Positions 59,301 through 64,000 of a stretch of DNA of 64,000 nucleotides are shown here, piece after piece. Each line of letters opens with the position of its first letter. Position 1 is the first letter of the stretch. The DNA comes from Yuukianura sp. NJ FZ-2021 (lineage: Eukaryota). Below the pieces are notes generated by a model. The model made no database searches. It saw only the letters and a list, made by a program, of their open reading frames with translations, and was not told the DNA's origin. Made by a program: the position numbers and the translations under genes. The stretch covers positions 6,262,001 to 6,326,000 of the forward strand of contig CM102290.1 of the NCBI GenBank assembly GCA_046563655.1, given 5' to 3'.

Positions 59301-62300
59301 AGGATTTCAAAAATATAATTTACTTTCTGTTCATTCTCACATTTGCATGTTCATTCTCACAAATTTAAGTCGTTTTGCGTCAAAATGGTGCTCGGCATTC
59401 CCCTGGGTGCCGTATTCCAACCCCAGATAAAATTCGAGGCGGAGCGATTTATCCCGACTTTTAAGTCCGCCCTATCCAGATTTAATGGCGATCTATCCAC
59501 ACCAATGAGACTTGGGGTCCTGCAGTACGTTTCATAAGGATTTCAGAAAACTAACTCATTTTCTCCCGGCATCGTTCCGCGCGGAGGTTTTTCGAATGTA
59601 TTGTTTTGAAACAAATTTTCATAAATATAGGTAACAAGATGAGGGACGACACAGCAAGTGAAAGTGGGTTCCTGTAGCACTTTTTATGAGGATTTCAAAA
59701 ATGTAGTTGACTTTTACCCAGCATCGTTCCGGAATGCATTTCTTTTGAATTCTCTGTTTTGAAACATGAATTTTCATAAATAAAGGTAACAAGATGAGGG
59801 ACGACACAGCAAGTGAAAGTGGGTTCCTGTAGCCCTTTTTATGAGGATTTCAAAAATATAATTTACTTTCTGTTCATTCTCACATTTGCATGTTCATTCT
59901 CACAAATTTAAGTCGTTTTGCGTCAAAATGGTGCTCGGCATTCCCTGGGTGCCGTATTCCAACCCCAGATAAAATTCGAGGCGGAGCGATTTATCCCGAC
60001 TTTTAAGTCCGCCCTATCCAGATTTAATGGCGATCTATCCACACCAATGAGACTTGGGGTCCTGCAGTACGTTTCATAAGGATTTCAGAAAACTAACTCA
60101 TTTTCTCCCGGCATCGTTCCGCGCGGAGGTTTTTCGAATGTATTGTTTTGAAACAAATTTTCATAAATATAGGTAACAAGATGAGGGACGACACAGCAAG
60201 TGAAAGTGGGTTCCTGTAGCACTTTTTATGAGGATTTCAAAAATGTAGTTGACTTTTACCCAGCATCGTTCCGGAATGCATTTCTTTTGAATTCTCTGTT
60301 TTGAAACATGAATTTTCATAAATAAAGGTAACAAGATGAGGGACGACACAGCAAGTGAAAGTGGGTTCCTGTAGCCCTTTTTATGAGGATTTCAAAAATA
60401 TAATTTACTTTCTGTTCATTCTCACATTTGCATGTTCATTCTCACAAATTTAAGTCGTTTTGCGTCAAAATGGTGCTCGGCATTCCCCTGGGTGCCGTAT
60501 TCCAACCCCAGATAAAATTCGAGGCGGAGCGATTTATCCCGACTTTTAAGTCCGCCCTATCCAGATTTAATGGCGATCTATCCACACCAATGAGACTTGG
60601 GGTCCTGCAGTACGTTTCATAAGGATTTCAGAAAACTAACTCATTTTCTCCCGGCATCGTTCCGCGCGGAGGTTTTTCGAATGTATTGTTTTGAAACAAA
60701 TTTTCATAAATAAAGGTAACAAGATGAGGGACGACACAGCAAGTGAAAGTGGGTTCCTGTAGCACTTTTTATGAGGATTTCAAAAATGTAGTTGACTTTT
60801 ACCCAGCATCGTTCCGGAATGCATTTCTTTTGAATTCTCTGTTTTGAAACATGAATTTTCATAAATAAAGGTAACAAGATGACTGACGACACAGCAAGTG
60901 AAAGTGGGTTCCTGTAGCACTTTTTATGAGGATTTCAAAAATGTAATTTACTTTCTGTTCATTCTCACATTTGCATGTTCATTCTCACAAATTTAAGTCG
61001 TTTTGCGTCAAAATGGTGCTCGACATTGCCCTGGGTGCCGTATACCAACCCAACATAAAATCCGAGACAGAGCGGTTCATCCAGAGTTTCAAGTACACGC
61101 TAACCGGATTTAATTGCGATATATCCACGATAATTAAACTTGGGTTCCTGTAGTACTTTTCAGAAGGATTTCAGAAAAGTAACTCATTTTCACCCGGCAT
61201 TGCTACGCGTGGGAGTTTTTCGAATGATTTGTTTTGAAATAAATTTTCATAAAATAAAGTCACGAGATGAGGGACGACACAGCAAGTGAAAGTGGGTTCC
61301 TGTAGCCCTTTTTATGAGGATTTCAAAAATATAGTTGACTTTTACCCAGCATCGTTCCGGAATGCATTTCTTTTGAATTCTTTGTTTTGAAACATGAATT
61401 TTCATAAATAAAGGTAACAAGATGACTGACGACACAGCAAGTGAAAGTGGGTTCCTGTAGCACTTTTTATGAGGATTTCAAAAATGTAATTTACTTTCTG
61501 TTCATTCTCACATTTGCATGTTCATTCTCACAAATTTAAGTCGTTTTGCGTCAAAATGGTGCTCGACATTGCCCTGGGTGGCGCACACCAACCCAAGATA
61601 AAATCCGAGGCAGAGCGGTTCATCCAGACTTTTAAGTACGCTCTAACCGGATTTAATTGCGATCTATCCACGCCAATTAAACTTGGGTTCCTGTAGTACT
61701 TTTCGGGAGGATTTCAGAAAAGTAACTCATTTTCACCCGGCATTGCTACGCGTAAGAGTTTTTCGAATGATTTGTTTTGAAATAAATTTTCATAAAATAA
61801 AGTCACGAGAAGAGGGACGACACAGCAAGTGAAAGTGGGTTCCTGTAGCCCTTTTTATGAGGATTTCAAAAATATAGTTGACTTTTACCCAGCATCGTTC
61901 CGGAATGCATTTCTTTTGAATTCTTTGTTTTGAAACATGAATTTTCATAAATAAAGGTAAGAAGATGACTGACGACACAGCAAGTGAAAGTGGGTTCCTG
62001 TAGCACTTTTTATGAGGATTTCAAAAATGTAATTTACTTTCTGTTCATTCTCACATTTGCATGTTCATTCTCACAAATTTAAGTCGTTTTTGCGTCAAAA
62101 TGGTGCTCGACATTACCCTGGGTAGCGCATACCAACCCAAGATAAAATACGAGGCGTCGTTCCGGAATGCATTTCTTTGGAATTCTTTGTTTTGAAACAT
62201 GAATTTTCATAAATATAGGTAACAAGATGAGGGACGACACAGCAACTGAAAGTGGGTTCCTGTAGCACTTTTTATGAGGATTTCAAAAATGTATTTTACT

Positions 62301-64000
62301 TTCTGTTCATTCTCACATTTGCATGTTCATTCTCACAAATTTAAGTCGTTTTGCGTCAAAATGGTGCTCGACATTGCCCTGGGTGGCGCACACCAACCCA
62401 AGATAAAATCCGAGGCAGAGCGGTTCATCCAGACTTTTAAGTACGCTCTAACCGGATTTAATTGCGATCTATCCACGCCAATTAAACTTGGGTTCCTGTA
62501 GTACTTTTCAGGAGGATTTCAGAAAAGTAACTCATTTTCACCCGGCATTGCTACGCGTAAGAGTTTTTCGAATGATTTGTTTTGAAATAAATTTTCATAA
62601 AATAAAGTCACGAGAAGAGGGACGACACAGCAAGTGAAAGTGGGTTCCTGTAGCCCTTTTTATGAGGATTTCAAAAATATAGTTGACTTTTACCCAGCAT
62701 CGTTCCGGAATGCATTTCTTTTGAATTCTTTGTTTTGAAACATGAATTTTCATAAATAAAGGTAACAAGATGACTGACGACACAGCAAGTGAAAGTGGGT
62801 TCCTGTAGCACATTTTATGAGGATTTCAAAAATGTAATTTACTTTCTGTTCATTCTCACATTTGCATGTTCATTCTCACAAATTTAAGTCGTTTTTGCGT
62901 CAAAATGGTGCTCGACATTACCCTGGGTAGCGCATACCAACCCAGGATAAAATACGAGGCATCGTTCCGGAATGCATTTCTTTTGAATTCTTTGTTTTGA
63001 AACATGAATTTTCATAAATAAAGGTAACAAGATGAGGGACGACACAGCAAGTGAAAGTGGGTTCCTGTAGCACTTTTTATGAGGATTTCAAAAATGTATT
63101 TTACTTTCTGTTCATTCTCACATTTGCATGTTCATTCTCACAAATTTAAGTCGTTTTGCGTCAAAATGGTGCTCGACATTGCCCTGGGTGCCGTATACCA
63201 ACCCAAGATAAAATCCGAGACAGAGCGGTTCATCCAGACTTTTAAGTACACGCTAATCGGATTTAATTGCGATATATCCACGATAATTAAACTAGGGTTC
63301 CTGTAGTACTTTTCAGGAGGATTTCAGAAAAGTAACTCATTTTCACCCGGCATTGCTACGCGTGGGAGTTTTTCGAATGATTTGTTTTGAAATAAATTTT
63401 CATAAAATAAAGTCACGAGATGAGGGACGACACAGCAAGTGAAAGTGGGTTCCTGTAGCCCTTTTTATGAGGATTTCAAAAATATAGTTGACTTTTACCC
63501 AGCATCGTTCCGGAATGCATTTCTTTTGAATTCTTTGTTTTGAAACATGAATTTTCATAAATAAAGGTAACAAGATGACTGACGACACAGCAAGTGAAAG
63601 TGGGTTCCTGTAGCACTTTTTATGAGGATTTCAAAAATGTAATTTACTTTCTGTTCATTCTCACATTTGCATGTTCATTCTCACAAATTTAAGTCGTTTT
63701 GCGTCAAAATGGTGCTCGACATTGCCCTGGGTGCCGTATACCAACCCAAGATAAAATCCGAGACAGAGCGGTTCATCCAGACTTTTAAGTACACGCTAAC
63801 CGGATTTAATTGCGATATATCCACGATAATTAAACTGGGGTTCCTGTAGTACTTTTCAGGAGGATTTCAGAAAAGTAACTCATTTTCACCCGGCATTGCT
63901 ACTAGTGGGAGTTTTTCGAATGATTTGTTTTAAAATAAATTTTCATAAAATAAAGTCACGAGAAGAGGGACGGCACAGCAAGTGAAAGTGGGTTCCTGTA
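38351..64000. repeat. Satellite DNA array: 155-bp monomer + 388-bp unit, higher-order repeats of 698 and 543 bp
   Basis: Spacing of identical marker ORFs is 698 (43137, 43835, 44533), 543 (50560, 51103, 51646), 388 (53663, 54051, 54439) and 155. Confidence 0.97.

Noticed and set aside
38384..63849. Dozens of repeated 60-64 aa ORFs (MHVHSHKF..., MSSLILLP...)
   Set aside because: By-products of the satellite: non-ATG starts, freely frameshifted between copies, no domain.
38351..64000. CRISPR-like repeat/spacer array
   Set aside because: Intervening sequences are identical rather than unique, units are too long, there are no cas genes, and the context is eukaryotic.

Overview
This is eukaryotic DNA, probably from an animal or arthropod (short GT-AG introns, an insect-type tRNA-Arg primer-binding site), and it looks heterochromatic. 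(1) 1-~11431 is the right part of a Polinton/Maverick (adintovirus-like) element, 'Polinton A'. It carries major and minor capsid, core proteins, integrase, a PC4-like protein, packaging ATPase and protein-primed PolB, and ends in a canonical ...ACTACT. (2) ~11.4-15.2 kb is a spacer with an LTR-like segment and USP and Nuf2 gene fragments. (3) 15176-30625 is a complete, apparently intact, divergent second Polinton, 'Polinton B'. It has perfect 80-bp TIRs, a 6-bp GTTGTT target-site duplication and atypical TG...CA ends. It is intron-rich (about 15 predicted spliceosomal introns) and carries a spliced BIR+RING inhibitor of apoptosis and a 7-exon acidic PC4-domain gene. Near its right end is a tRNA-like Pol III promoter followed by a ~113-bp hairpin ending in T7, a candidate VA-RNA/hpRNA-like non-coding gene. 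The element sits just inside a Helitron-type 3' end. (4) ~33-38.2 kb is an LTR-retrotransposon-like segment whose tRNA-Arg PBS is followed not by gag but by an intact, intronless membrane-type matrix metalloproteinase. (5) After a 100-N gap, 38351-64000 is a satellite array of 155-bp monomers and 388-bp units forming 698- and 543-bp higher-order repeats. All exon models were derived by hand, and no database searches were run.
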